In this document: piece by piece, positions 9,765 to 21,680 of the stretch
How the letters are laid out: the number at the start of each line of letters is the position of its first letter
Numbering within the stretch: the stretch's first letter is position 1
DNA from: an uncultured Verrucomicrobiae bacterium
GTDB taxonomy: Bacteria; Verrucomicrobiota; Verrucomicrobiia; Chthoniobacterales; UBA10450
Direction: 5' to 3'
Assembly: GCA_963834385.1 (NCBI GenBank)
Contig: CAWIBO010000003.1
Coordinates: 392,983-456,982, forward strand
Length of the DNA: 64,000 bases
Position numbers and translations under genes: made by a program
The notes under the pieces: generated by a model
What the model saw: only the letters and a program-made list of their open reading frames with translations
Databases searched by the model: none
What the model was told of the DNA's origin: nothing

Positions 9765-9886
9765 ATAGTTTGGGTTGTTTCCATCCGTTATTTCAGTTTT
9801 GCGTCGCATCGTCAATAGAAAAGTCGTGCCACGGCTGAATAAATTTTTCCCACCCTTTCTCCGCGGTCTGTTCTAAAATCACCCCC

Positions 9887-11505
9887 GTGCCCGTTGCCGC
9901 CCCCGCCCACCACACCTCCAGCAACCACCCCGCGTCCCCTCAGCCGGGACGGTTCTCCTGGGAAAATGGGCTCGCCCTTTTCCTCTGGGCCTGGGCCATC
10001 TGGAGCTGCGCCGAGCACTGGGAAAACAACCCGAACTACTCCTATGGCTGGGCCGTTCCCGTCCTTGCCCTCGGCTTTGCCCTGCGGCGCTTTTTCCTGG
10101 CTCCTGCCGCGACCACGGGCGGGCACTCTGGCCCCGGCAGGGCCTGGCTGCTCCTGGCTGCGGCCGGTGCGGCGGCGTGGGTCTTCGGTCTGGAATATGC
10201 CCGTTTACAGGTCTGGCGCCCTCAGGTCGTTCTCACGGCCATTTGTTTTGGCGCCATTTTCTGGACGTTTCTCGTCCTCTGGAGCCATGGCGGTTTCCCG
10301 CTCCTGCGCCGCCAGCTTTTCCCGGTTCTTTTCTTTCTCACCGCGGTGCCCTGGCCGCCGCGGTTCGAACAGCCGCTCACGAGTGCGCTCATGGTGGGGG
10401 TGGCGCAGGCGACGGTGGAACTGCTGCACTGGAGCGGAATCGAGGCGAAACAGGCGGGAGGCGCCATTGCCCTGAGCACGGGTCTGGTGGGCGTGACCGA
10501 GGCCTGCAGCGGCATCCGCTCGCTCCAGGCGGGGATCATGTTTGGCCTGGCCATGGGCGAATGGTTTTTGCTGGGCGTGGGGCGACGCCTGCGTTCTCCT
10601 GGCGGCGGCCATCGGGCTCGCGCTGGTGACGAATCTCGGGCGCACCCTCGCCTTGTGCCTGCAGGCGGAGTGGCATGGCGTGGCCGCGGTGGAGAAAGTG
10701 CATGACCTGATCGGCACCGTGGTGATGACCGTTCTCATCGGCGGGATCTGGTTCGCCGGGCGGTTGCTGCGCGGCCCGCGAGGAGAAATGATTCCCGCGA
10801 AGGAACAGCTCCGGGCGAGGCTGGGCGCGCTGGCGGCGGGATGGAGACAGGCGCGTTTTCCGAACTTCTGGCTGGTGGTCCTCGTCGCCTTGTTGAGCTT
10901 CCTGGCGGCGCAATTCCTTAACGCGCGGCTGGAAGCGCGCGACCAGACCCAGCGCGAGCCCTTTTTCGCGGTGCAACCCTCCTTCCCGGGCAACAGCCGG
11001 GTGGAGGTGCCGCGCGAGATCATGCGCGCGCTCAATCCGACCAGCGGCGAATACATCCGGCGCGAGGACGCGTCCCTTCCGCGCGGGACCGGCGACGGTT
11101 ACCATTTCTTCTGGAAGCCGTCGCCCTGGAACCGGTTTGTCCTCGTGCATCGCCCCGATATCTGCATGCCCGGGATCGGCTGGCAGCTGGCTGGCCCGCC
11201 CGAGCCGGTCGAGGTGAAGTTCGGGGCGCGCACGCTGCTCTTTCACGCCTTTCGTTTTCAGCGGGGCGATCTGCATGCCCTGGCGCTCTGGGGTGCCTGG
11301 CGCAACGGCGACCCGGTCCTGATTGATTACCAGCCGGACGAGGTCCTGGGGGCGGGAGGGGCGCCACCCCCTGCTGGAGTTGCAGGGAAAACGGCGTTCC
11401 GCCACCGAGATCGTGGCCGGTCACGTCATGCAAAGGGGGGAAAAGCCCGCGCTGGAAAATGCTGTCGCCCTCCTGCGTGCGCTTTTCGTATACAAGGGAG
11501 AGTGA
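9887..11505 (+). pseudogene. Exosortase fused to an EpsI-family domain, read through three frames (2 frameshifts at about 10585 and 11350)
   Basis: Frame 1 shows NNPNYSYGWAVPVL...TEACSGIRSL, the exosortase Cys motif. Frame 2 continues with LALVTNLGRTLAL...H and the EpsI-like part (RPDICMPGIGW). Frame 3 ends ...EIVAGHVMQRGEKPALENAVALLRALFVYKGE*. The junctions fall at G4/G5 runs. Confidence 0.75.
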
Positions 11506-11513
11506 ACGAGAAC

Positions 11514-13232
11514 ATGGAGAAACCGCGGTTGAGCGACCGGGCGCAACGGCGTCTGCGGCAGAAACGTCGAACGCTTATCCTGGTCGCGTCCGGGTTGGTT
11601 TTCGTTCTTCTTCTCTTCACGGCGCGTCCGGCCTATCGCTGGTTCAAGGAACGGCGAGCCAACCAGTTTGCGGCCCAGGCGGAGGAACTGGTGGCTGAGG
11701 GAAAAATGGCCGAGGCCGCGGCAAAATACCGGGCGGCGCTGCAGCTGGACAAGCTGGGTTACCGCCCGCTCGCGGGGGCGGCCCGCCTGGCCACGCGTTT
11801 GAATCGTCCCGAAGCGGAGGGCCTCTGGCAGGAGGTGATGAAACTGCCGCAGCGCAGTCCGGCTGACCGGCAGGAATACATCTCGCTTTTGCTCCAGAAA
11901 AATCGGTTTCGCACCGCGGAAGACCAGCTCAAGCAACTCCTGCGGGTGCAAGCCGATGCCCGGGCCATGATGCTGGCCGCCCGCTACAAGCTGCGGGTGG
12001 GGGATGTGGCCAAGGCGATCGAGTTTGGCCGGGCCGGTGTGCGGATGGAGCCAAAGAACGATGCTGTCCGTTTTCAACTGGCCGAAGCGCTGGCGTCGGC
12101 GACGGAACCGGCTTTGCGGGCCGAGGCGAGATCGATCTTGTGGGAAATGACCCAGCGTGAAGGCTCGTTCCGGGCCGCGGCGCTGGAAGGGCTGGCACAG
12201 GCCCCGGAGCTGACACAGGAGGAACGGCGCACGCTCCTGGGGACGTTCGAGGCGTTGAAGGATCCGACCGCGAACCAGGCGGTCTTCGCGGCGGAATTGC
12301 GGTTGCAGCTCAATCCCGGCGAATCGGAGCAGATCTACGACAAATTATCCGCGCGCCTGGGGCAGGGTGACGAGGGGGACCTGAACGAGCTGGCGCGCTG
12401 GCTGAACCTGCACAAGCAATACGGCCGCGTGCTCAAGATGGTCCCGGAGGAAAAGGCGAAGAAGTCGAGCGACCTGATCCTTTCCCGGCTTGATGCTCTT
12501 GCCGGCCTGGAAAAGTGGGCGGAGATCGACACCATGCTGGGCAGCCCTGAGGTCAACCTGACCCCGGCCGTAATTGAAGCTTTTCGGGCCCGCGCCGCCC
12601 TTGGCCGGAACGACACCCTTAACGCCACGTTGCACTGGAACCGCGCGCTGAGCGCGAGTGGCGACGATCCCGAACGGCTGCGGCTGGTGGCCCATTTCGC
12701 CGAGCAGTCAGGCGCCAATGAGATCGCCGCCCGGGCCTTTGAACAGCTTTCGCGCTCGCCAGAACACGCCGCCTTCGCCTTTCGCGGAATGCAGCGTCTG
12801 GCCGACAAACGGGGCGATTCCGTCGCCCTCCGTTCCGTCAGCGACCGACTGGCCGAGGTGACACCGGAGGATGCGGATGCGCAGAACCAGGCGGCCTACA
12901 TGAATCTCCTGCTGAAGAATGACGTGGAAAAGAATGCCGCGGTGGCCCGCCGCCTGGTGGAGAAACACCCGACGCGGCTTGCTTTCCGGGTCACCGCCGC
13001 CCTGGGAGCCCTGCGCCAGCACAATGCCGCCGGGGCGCTCGCGCAATTCGAGGGTCCCGAGATCGAGTGGCGCCGGACGCCGCCGGCCTGGCGGGCGGTG
13101 TATGTCGCCGCGCTTCTGGCCAACGACCAATCGGCCAGGGCGGACTCCATCCGGCAGACGATTGACCCGGCCGGGTTGAAACCCGAGGAGCGGGCTCTGC
13201 TGGAGCGGGCGGCCGCCCCGGCGCAGGGTTAG
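11514..13232 (+). CDS. Membrane-anchored TPR-repeat protein (exosortase-locus associated)
   Basis: The ATG at 11514 lies inside the 896-aa track ORF. The sequence MEKPRLSDRAQRRLRQKRRTLILVASGLVFVLLLF is a TM anchor, followed by roughly 500 aa of Ala/Leu-rich TPR-like helices. Confidence 0.7.
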   Translation: MEKPRLSDRAQRRLRQKRRTLILVASGLVFVLLLFTARPAYRWFKERRANQFAAQAEELVAEGKMAEAAAKYRAALQLDKLGYRPLAGAARLATRLNRPEAEGLWQEVMKLPQRSPADRQEYISLLLQKNRFRTAEDQLKQLLRVQADARAMMLAARYKLRVGDVAKAIEFGRAGVRMEPKNDAVRFQLAEALASATEPALRAEARSILWEMTQREGSFRAAALEGLAQAPELTQEERRTLLGTFEALKDPTANQAVFAAELRLQLNPGESEQIYDKLSARLGQGDEGDLNELARWLNLHKQYGRVLKMVPEEKAKKSSDLILSRLDALAGLEKWAEIDTMLGSPEVNLTPAVIEAFRARAALGRNDTLNATLHWNRALSASGDDPERLRLVAHFAEQSGANEIAARAFEQLSRSPEHAAFAFRGMQRLADKRGDSVALRSVSDRLAEVTPEDADAQNQAAYMNLLLKNDVEKNAAVARRLVEKHPTRLAFRVTAALGALRQHNAAGALAQFEGPEIEWRRTPPAWRAVYVAALLANDQSARADSIRQTIDPAGLKPEERALLERAAAPAQG

Positions 13233-13233
13233 G

Positions 13234-13629
13234 CTAAAGCAGACTGGGACCGAAGGCGCCGGGCGCGCCTTTCTTCCAGCGCAACTCGGGATGCAGGTTG
13301 ATCTCGCTTGCCGGCACGTTGAAGCCCGCGGCCCGCAGGAGGTAGGAAACGCCTTCCCGGCTTTCCATCGTCTCTTTCAGGCTGCGCGCGAACAGCTCGA
13401 TGTATTCCTTGTAGGATTCCAGCTCGAGTTTGCCCTGCGCGAAATGCTCCGCCAGCGCCTCGTCGTGATAATCGATCAGGTCAAAGAGCGCCCGCCGCAA
13501 TTTCATCCGCATCTCCGGGTCGACCACCAACTTGAACGGGGTGCCGGCCGGGTCGGGCAGAGAAAGGGTCTTGGTCTCCGGCAGCGGCTGGGCTGGGTTG
13601 ATCAGCTGGTAATCGCGCGGCTCTGGCAT
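13234..13629 (-). CDS. Hypothetical protein
   Basis: 131-aa ORF with good coding texture and no recognisable domain. Confidence 0.5.
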   Translation of the reverse strand: MPEPRDYQLINPAQPLPETKTLSLPDPAGTPFKLVVDPEMRMKLRRALFDLIDYHDEALAEHFAQGKLELESYKEYIELFARSLKETMESREGVSYLLRAAGFNVPASEINLHPELRWKKGAPGAFGPSLL

Positions 13630-13695
13630 GGAAAAGTTCTCCGGGCGGCCCGGGCTACGAGCGCGCTTCAGGGGGAGAATAACCGGTCGGTTCTT

Positions 13696-15788
13696 CTAGA
13701 AAAAGATCGGAATGATAAGAATGGCGACGATGTTGACCACCTTGATCATCGGGTTGATCGCGGGCCCGGCGGTGTCCTTGTAGGGATCGCCCACGGTGTC
13801 CCCGGTGACCGAGGCGGCATGGGTGGCGGAGCCTTTCCCGCCCAGGTTGCCTTCCTCGATGTATTTCTTGGCGTTGTCCCAGGCGCCGCCGCTTGAGGTC
13901 ATGGCGATGGCGACAAACAACCCGGTCACGATCGTTCCCACGAGAAGCCCGCCGAGGACCACGGGCCCGAGCGGCTTGATCGCGGCCACGGCCAGGACAA
14001 AAGCCACCGGGAGCAGCGCCGGCACAATCATCTCGCGCAGCGCGGCCTTGGTCACGATATCGACGCAGGTGCCGTACTCCGGGGTGTCTTCGCCGCGCAG
14101 AATGCCCGGCTTGGCCTGGAGTTGCCGCCGCACTTCCACGACGACGGCGCCGGCGGCCTTGCCCACCGCGTCCATGCTGAAGGCGGTGAAGATGAAGGGA
14201 AGAAGACCACCGATAAAGAGGCCGATGATGACCTTCGGATCGCTCAGGGAGAAGGTGAGAAGCCGTTCCGCTTCGGCCAGGCCCATGCCATGGGCGATCA
14301 GGTGCGCCTTGAGGTCGACTCGCGTAGGAACCGAATAGGACGAGGGCGGCGAGGCCGGCGGAGGCAATGGCGTAACCTTTGGTCACCGCCTTCATGGTGT
14401 TACCCACCGCATCCAGCTCATCGGTCGTGTCGCGCACTTCCTTGGGCAGGTTGCTCATCACGGCGATGCCGCCGGCGTTGTCGGTGATGGGTCCAAAGGC
14501 ATCGAGCGAAATGATGATGCCGGCCATGGAAAGCATGCTCATGACGGCGATGGCAATGCCGTAAAGCCCGGCAAAATGATACGACCCGAGAATGGCCGCG
14601 CCGATGAAGAGAACCGGAAGCGCGGTGGCATGATGACCGATGGCCAGGCCGGCAATGATGTTGGTGGCGTGCCCGGTCTGCGAAGCCTCGGCGATCTTCC
14701 GCACCGGCCGGTACTTGGTCGAAGTATAGTAATTGGTGATGACCACGACGATGCCGGTCATGAGCAGCCCGATCAGGGCCGCCAGGTAAAGGCCGCCGGG
14801 CGTCCGCAGGATGCCGTTGATGGCGACGCCGTCCGGGAAGAAAAGATAGGTGGCCGGGTAGAAGAGCACGGCCGAGACAATCCCGCTCGCGGCCACTGCG
14901 GTCATGAGGGTGGCCGTCGGTTTGCCGCCGGTCAGGTTCACGTAAAGGATGCCGCAGATTGCGCCCAGGACGGAAATGCCGCCGAGGACAAAGGGATAAA
15001 CGACCGCGGCCGGGTTGCCCACGATGGTGAGCGCGCCCACCAGGATCGCGCCGATGAGACTGACCGCGTAGGTTTCAAACACGTCGGCGGCCATGCCGGC
15101 GCAGTCGCCCACGTTGTCGCCCACGTTGTCCGCGATCGTGGCCGGGTTGCGCGGATCGTCTTCATCGAGGTTGCTCTCGATCTTGCCCACCAGGTCGGCG
15201 CCGACATCGGCCGCCTTGGTGTAAATGCCGCCGCCGAGACGGGCAAAGACGCTGATCAGGCTGGAGCCGAGGGCGAGCCCGACCAGGCTGGTCGACAGCG
15301 GCTCCCGCCCCCACCATGCTGGTGGCGACGAGGTAAAAGGCGCCCACGGAAAGGAGGGCGAGGCCGACCACGAGCAGGCCGGTGACGGCGCCGCCGTTGA
15401 AGGCGACCCGGAGGGCGGCGGTGCGTGAGGTGATGGCCGCCTGGGTGGTGCGGACGTTGGCCAAAACGGCAATGCGCATGCCGATGTAGCCGGCCACGAG
15501 GGAGCAAAAGGCGCCGATCAGAAAGCCGATGGCAGTGGCCTTGTCCTTGAAGATAAAGAGCAGGACGAAGATGACCGCGGCAATGGCGGAGATGGTGATG
15601 ACCTGCCGGTTCAGGTAGGCCTTGGCCCCTTCCTGCACCGCTCCGGCGATCTCGCGCATGCGCTCGTTACCCGGCGACGCGCGCAGGATCGAAAGAATGA
15701 GAAAAACGGCGAAGCCGAGCCCGGCAACGGCGCAAAGCATGGCGAGCCAGATGCCAGAGCCAAGAATGTTAAGAGCGAAAAAAGTCAT
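13696..15788 (-). pseudogene. hppA: Membrane-bound proton/sodium-translocating pyrophosphatase, split into three frames (frameshifts at about 15300-15315 and 14325-14345)
   Basis: The pieces 15162..15788, 13655..15472 and 13696..14367 join into one H+-PPase. Signatures include [44 protein letters not shown] and [20 protein letters not shown]. The first junction lies on a C5 run. Confidence 0.85.
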
Positions 15789-16011
15789 AGATTATCTCCC
15801 CGGTGCGGAAAGTGGCGGACATTAGTCGGTTTTATCGCGCTGGCAACCGGTGAGTCCGTCCTTCCGGGTGCCAGCGACCGAAGCCGGGGAGGGGGCGGTC
15901 CGCTTTTGCGGGGGCGCGGTCATCTTATAATGCTGGCGGGCAGCGGCTTGCCCGGAAAGGGGGCGGGCCGAATTTGCGGGTTTTTTCGATGGGCCGCGCT
16001 AAGCTGGCGGC

Positions 16012-16539
16012 ATGAGAAGGCTGTCATTTTTTCTGTTCGCGTTGCTGAGCGCGCCGTTGCTGCCCGCCCAGGCGCCCAATCCGGCGGAACAAAAGGAGGC
16101 GATGCAGAAGCTCGACTTCATGATCGGCGAGTGGGAGGGCGAAGGCTGGATGGACCGAGGCGGCCAGCGCGCGACCTTCAAGGGGGGCGAGATCGTGCAG
16201 GCGAAGCTGAACGGCATCGCCCTGCTCGTGGAAGGGAAGTTCAAGGCCCCGGTGCAGGGGGAGGATCGGACGGTGCACGAGACGCTCGGGATCCTGACCT
16301 ATGATCCGGCGAAAAAGAGCTACCGTTTCCGCACCCATCTGGCCATGGGAGCAAGCGGCGACCACGAGCTGACGCTGCTGGACGGCGGCTGGCGCTGGAG
16401 CCTCCAAGGTCCGCAGGGCCAGATGCGCTACACCATGAAGCTCAACGAAAAGGGGGAATGGTTCGAAATCGGGGAGCGTTCCACCGACGGCGAAAAATGG
16501 GAGCAGTTCTTCGAGATGACGCTGCGCAAGAAGACGTAG
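16012..16539 (+). CDS. Secreted DUF1579-like protein
   Basis: 175 aa with signal peptide MRRLSFFLFALLSAPLLPAQA. The LDFMIGEWEGEG start and beta-rich body resemble DUF1579. Confidence 0.5.
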   Translation: MRRLSFFLFALLSAPLLPAQAPNPAEQKEAMQKLDFMIGEWEGEGWMDRGGQRATFKGGEIVQAKLNGIALLVEGKFKAPVQGEDRTVHETLGILTYDPAKKSYRFRTHLAMGASGDHELTLLDGGWRWSLQGPQGQMRYTMKLNEKGEWFEIGERSTDGEKWEQFFEMTLRKKT

Positions 16540-16545
16540 CCCGGC

Positions 16546-17934
<1,389 letters not shown>

Positions 17935-18030
17935 CGGGTGAATGTGGCCGGTGCGCGCGTTCCGACAAGAAAAAGCGTCCTCGAAAAAAGGAAGGGCCCG
18001 ATTTCACCTGCACAATCGTGATTTCGATTA

Positions 18031-19194
18031 TTGTGTCTGGTGCACAGGATCATTCTTCCCCTCCTCTTTTTTTCTTTTCTCGCTCCGCTCGCGGCGGCCC
18101 CGGCGGAGTTCCGCGGCGCCTGGGTGGCGACCGTTCATAATATTGACTGGCCGTCGCGCCCCGGCCTCTCCGCGGGCGAACAAAAGGCGGAACTGCGGCG
18201 CCTGCTCGACCGCGCGGCCGGCCTCGGCCTGAACGCCATCCTGCTTCAGGTGCGCCCGGCCAGCGATGCCCTTTATGCCTCCGAGATCGAGCCCTGGTCG
18301 CAGTTCCTCACCGGGCGCCAGGGCGTCTCGCCCGGGTATGATCCGCTCGCCTTCGCCGTGGCCGAGGCGCATGCGCGCAACCTTGAACTGCACGCCTGGA
18401 TCAACCCGTTCCGGGCCGCTTCCAACACCGCCACCCCGCTGGCCGCCAACCACGTGGCCAAAAAGCGCCCGCAGTGGGTGCGCCGTGTCGGCAAACAGCT
18501 CTGGATCGACCCGGGTGAACCGGCTGCGCGCGAGTATGTGCTCGGCGTCGTGCGCGACATCGTCCGGCGCTACGACGTCGATGGGGTGCACATCGACGAT
18601 TACTTTTATCCCTACCCGACCAAGGGAAGTTCCACTTTCCCGGATTCCGCGAGCTGGGCCCGGCATGGAAAGGGCAGCGGCTTGAGCCGGGCCGACTGGC
18701 GCCGCGAGAACATCAACGACTTCGTCCGCTCCCTTTACCGGACGGTGAAATCGACGCGCGCCTCCGCCCAGGTCGGGATCAGCCCATTTGGCATCTGGCG
18801 CCCGGGGGTGCCGGCCACGACGACCGCCTCCCTCAGTGCGTTTGATCATCTCTACGCCGATTCGCGCAAATGGCTCGCGGAAGGGTGGTGCGATTACATG
18901 GCGCCGCAGCTTTACTGGGGCATCCAGCCGGCCAAGCAAAGTTTTCCGGTCCTGCTGCAATGGTGGCGGTCGCAAAGCCGGGGCCGGCCGGTCTGGCCCG
19001 GCATCGCCACCGAGCGCATTGGGCGGGCCCGGCCCGCGCGCGAGATCATCAACCAGATCGCCCTGACCCGCGAAGGGACCGACACCCCGGGGCACATCCA
19101 TTGGAGCATGAAAGCGCTTCTGCGGAACCAGGGAGGCATTTCCGAGATGCTCGCGGAAGGACCGTACCGCGAACGCGCGGCCGCGCCGAGGTAG
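18031..19194 (+). CDS. Glycoside-hydrolase-like GH10-type (UPF0748/YngK-like) secreted protein
   Basis: Signal peptide followed by EFRGAWVATVHNIDWPS...LNAILLQVRP...GYDPLAFAVAEAHARNLELHAWINPF, the family pattern. Confidence 0.7.
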   Translation: MCLVHRIILPLLFFSFLAPLAAAPAEFRGAWVATVHNIDWPSRPGLSAGEQKAELRRLLDRAAGLGLNAILLQVRPASDALYASEIEPWSQFLTGRQGVSPGYDPLAFAVAEAHARNLELHAWINPFRAASNTATPLAANHVAKKRPQWVRRVGKQLWIDPGEPAAREYVLGVVRDIVRRYDVDGVHIDDYFYPYPTKGSSTFPDSASWARHGKGSGLSRADWRRENINDFVRSLYRTVKSTRASAQVGISPFGIWRPGVPATTTASLSAFDHLYADSRKWLAEGWCDYMAPQLYWGIQPAKQSFPVLLQWWRSQSRGRPVWPGIATERIGRARPAREIINQIALTREGTDTPGHIHWSMKALLRNQGGISEMLAEGPYRERAAAPR

Positions 19195-20728
19195 ACTTCG
19201 CGGTTGTCGCGAGCTCCGCGGTTACAGCTCGAAGAACGCCTTTGACCAGGCGAAGGAAGTTCGCGCTGTATTCGCGTGTCCGGCTGGCGCGTTCCGCCAC
19301 CGGCATCGCTTCCAGGACGATGCCTTCCGTCTCCAGCTTGCGGCGGGCCAGCAGGTCGCTCAACTGCGTGGCGCACTCGGGCGCCTCATGCAGGATTTTC
19401 GCCATGACCGGCTTGCTGATCTCGAGCACTTCGCAATCCTCGGCGGCCCGGACGGTGGCCATGCGTGGCTGCCCCGTGAGCAGTGACATTTCGCCGAAGC
19501 AATCGCCGCTCTGCAGCACGCCCACGCGGATAACGTTCCCCTCCCGCCGCACGGAGACGCTGGCGCTGCCGTTGATCATGACGAACATGGAGGAGCCTTC
19601 CGCGTTTTCCTCGATGATCGGTTCGCCGCGTCCGTATTTTTTCAGGACGGAATCCTGCAGGAGATTGTGCAGGTTCTCCTCGCCCAGCGCCTGGAAAAGG
19701 GCGTCCTCGGTCAGGACATCACGCGCTTTCTCGCGATGCCCGCGCTCGGCCGTTTCCCCGCGCCGTTCCACCTGCACGGTGCGGATGGGGAACGGAATCC
19801 GGATGTTGTTGCGGCGAAAGGCGTACCAGATGTTGGTCCGGAGTTCATCCGTGATTTCGTTGGAACGCGCATGCCCGGCGATGGCATATTTGACCTCGTA
19901 GATCATCGCGAAGTCGGCGAAATCGACCAGGAAGACTTTGGTTGGGGGTTCCGGGAGAATGTCTTCCACCCGGCGGGCGGCCCGCAGGATGACGTCCTTC
20001 ACCCGGTTCGGCGGCTGATTGTAATCGACTCCCACGCGGAGGCGCATCGAGTGCACCGGCGTCGGATAGTGCAGGTTGATGATGGTGGTTTTGACGATCT
20101 CGTTGTTGGGCACATCGAGATAGATGCCGTCCTTGGTGCGCAGCCGGGTGGAGCGCCAGTTGATTTCCATGACCTCGGCGTGGGTCTCCTCGATCCGCAG
20201 CCAGTCGCCCACCTTGTAAGGCTTGCTGATCTGGAGCGACATGCCGGCGATGATGCCGCCCAGCATGTTCTGCGCGGCCAGCGCGAAGATGATCGCGACC
20301 ACGCCGGAACCGGCGAGCAATCCTTTCAGCTCGGCATCGGCTTTGTAGCCAAGGCTCAGGACCAGGAGAAGAACCACCAGGAAAAGGACAAGGGCCACGA
20401 TCTCCCGCAGGAAACTCGGGATGGGCGTGCCGCGGACCCGTTCGAAATAATAGTCCCAAAGGAAGCGATTCAGCAGGGCCACCACGACGAAGGTGCTGCT
20501 GAGAACGACCGCGGCGCCCACGTGGTCGCGGAAGCTGGATTCCAATCCCCAGGTCCAGAGCGCCGCGTAGAACGCCACCACGAAGCTGAAACAACGGAAA
20601 AGAAAACCGAGGCGAACGCCGGCCCGGCGTTTGAGCAATCGCCCGATCGTGATCAGGAGCGAGAAAGTGCCGAGGAAAACCGCGGCCGTGACCAGGGCGC
20701 GATGTGATTCCAGGAGATTCTCGAACAT
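19049..20728 (-). CDS. MscS-family mechanosensitive channel with C-terminal cyclic-nucleotide-binding domain
   Basis: TM helices precede the MscS beta-domain (KPYKVGDWLRIEETHAEVMEINWRSTRLRTKDG). A cNMP-binding domain follows (FGEMSLLTGQPRMATVRA). The last roughly 50 codons overlap the convergent gene and look non-native. Confidence 0.8.
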   Translation of the reverse strand: MFENLLESHRALVTAAVFLGTFSLLITIGRLLKRRAGVRLGFLFRCFSFVVAFYAALWTWGLESSFRDHVGAAVVLSSTFVVVALLNRFLWDYYFERVRGTPIPSFLREIVALVLFLVVLLLVLSLGYKADAELKGLLAGSGVVAIIFALAAQNMLGGIIAGMSLQISKPYKVGDWLRIEETHAEVMEINWRSTRLRTKDGIYLDVPNNEIVKTTIINLHYPTPVHSMRLRVGVDYNQPPNRVKDVILRAARRVEDILPEPPTKVFLVDFADFAMIYEVKYAIAGHARSNEITDELRTNIWYAFRRNNIRIPFPIRTVQVERRGETAERGHREKARDVLTEDALFQALGEENLHNLLQDSVLKKYGRGEPIIEENAEGSSMFVMINGSASVSVRREGNVIRVGVLQSGDCFGEMSLLTGQPRMATVRAAEDCEVLEISKPVMAKILHEAPECATQLSDLLARRKLETEGIVLEAMPVAERASRTREYSANFLRLVKGVLRAVTAELATTAKSTSARPRVRGTVLPRASRKCLPGSAEALSCSNGCAPGCRSLRGSGRSG

Positions 20729-20788
20729 GACCGTGCTCAGGTTAGCAGCCGGGGGAAGGGAACGGAAGTCTCCGCCCGGTCCCTTTGC

Positions 20789-21130
20789 TCACGGGCGTCC
20801 GTGCCAGGCCAGCCAGGCCCAGCCGGCCAGAAAACAGAGCCCGCCCAGCGGCGTGACGGCCCCCAGCCAGCGGACGTTGCTCAGGCCCATGAGATAAAGG
20901 CTGCCGCTGAAAAGCACGATGCCGGCGACGAAGAGCCAGCCCGCGCCCTTCGGCAACTGGGGAAAAAGACTCACGGCCAGGAGCGCGAGCGCATGGACGA
21001 AATGATAAAGGACCGCCTTCTCCCAGGCGCCGGTCATTCCGCGCTCCTGCAGCATCAGCTTGAGCCCGTGCGCGCCGAAGGCCCCAAGGGCCACGGCCAG
21101 AAAAGCCAGAACGGCGGCGAGACGAAACAT
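20789..21130 (-). CDS. DUF423 (YgdD-like) membrane protein
   Basis: 113 aa. VALGAFGAHGLK...YHFVHALALL...GIVLFSGSLYLM...TPLGG matches the DUF423 pattern. Confidence 0.75.
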   Translation of the reverse strand: MFRLAAVLAFLAVALGAFGAHGLKLMLQERGMTGAWEKAVLYHFVHALALLAVSLFPQLPKGAGWLFVAGIVLFSGSLYLMGLSNVRWLGAVTPLGGLCFLAGWAWLAWHGRP

Positions 21131-21278
21131 GCGTGCCGTGACGAAACAGGATCAGACGGTGCAGAGCAAGAACTCAAAGTGGGGCGCCATCCGCGTGACG
21201 CTCTTTCGCCCCGGGGCGGCCTCAGCTTCTCCGTGATCGGCATCGACATCCGGGGACATCTCTCGTTCCCTTTCGTTG

Positions 21279-21680
21279 ATGGAATTGGCGGTCGAGCGAT
21301 TCTTGGCGTTGTCACTGCTTGTGACCGGCCTTTCGCATGCGTTGCAGCCGCGCGCCTGGATCGAGTTGTTTATCCGTCTGCGCGGCCTGGGCGACGGCGG
21401 CATTCTCCTTGTCGCGCTCATGCATCTCCCGTTCGGGCTTTTGATCGTGACCTTTCACAACGTCTGGCACGGGCCCGGGACGGTGGTCACTCTTCTCGGC
21501 TGGGGTTTGACGCTTAAAGGTTCTCTCTACTTCTTTTTTCCGGCGGTGGGCCGGTGGGGGCTGCGCCGCGTCGCTCCCGGGCGTGCCTTCGAATTCATTC
21601 TGGCCGGCCTGGCGGCCACGGCGCTTGCGGTCTTTATCGCGTGGCACGCTTCCCCGGCGCGCCAGCCGTTCACCCCATAA
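21279..21680 (+). CDS. Hypothetical integral membrane protein
   Basis: 133-aa hydrophobic ORF. The ATG lies one codon after the TTG listed in the track. Confidence 0.5.
   Translation: MELAVERFLALSLLVTGLSHALQPRAWIELFIRLRGLGDGGILLVALMHLPFGLLIVTFHNVWHGPGTVVTLLGWGLTLKGSLYFFFPAVGRWGLRRVAPGRAFEFILAGLAATALAVFIAWHASPARQPFTP

Noticed and set aside
10542-13232. A single 896-aa ORF suggesting a giant exosortase-TPR fusion.
   Set aside because: It is a chimera. Its first part is the middle frame segment of the frameshifted exosortase/EpsI gene. The stretch 11350-11510 is out-of-frame read-through (…GKARAGKCCRPPACAFRIQG…). The TPR protein has its own ATG at 11514, directly after the true EpsI stop (11503-11505) in another frame.
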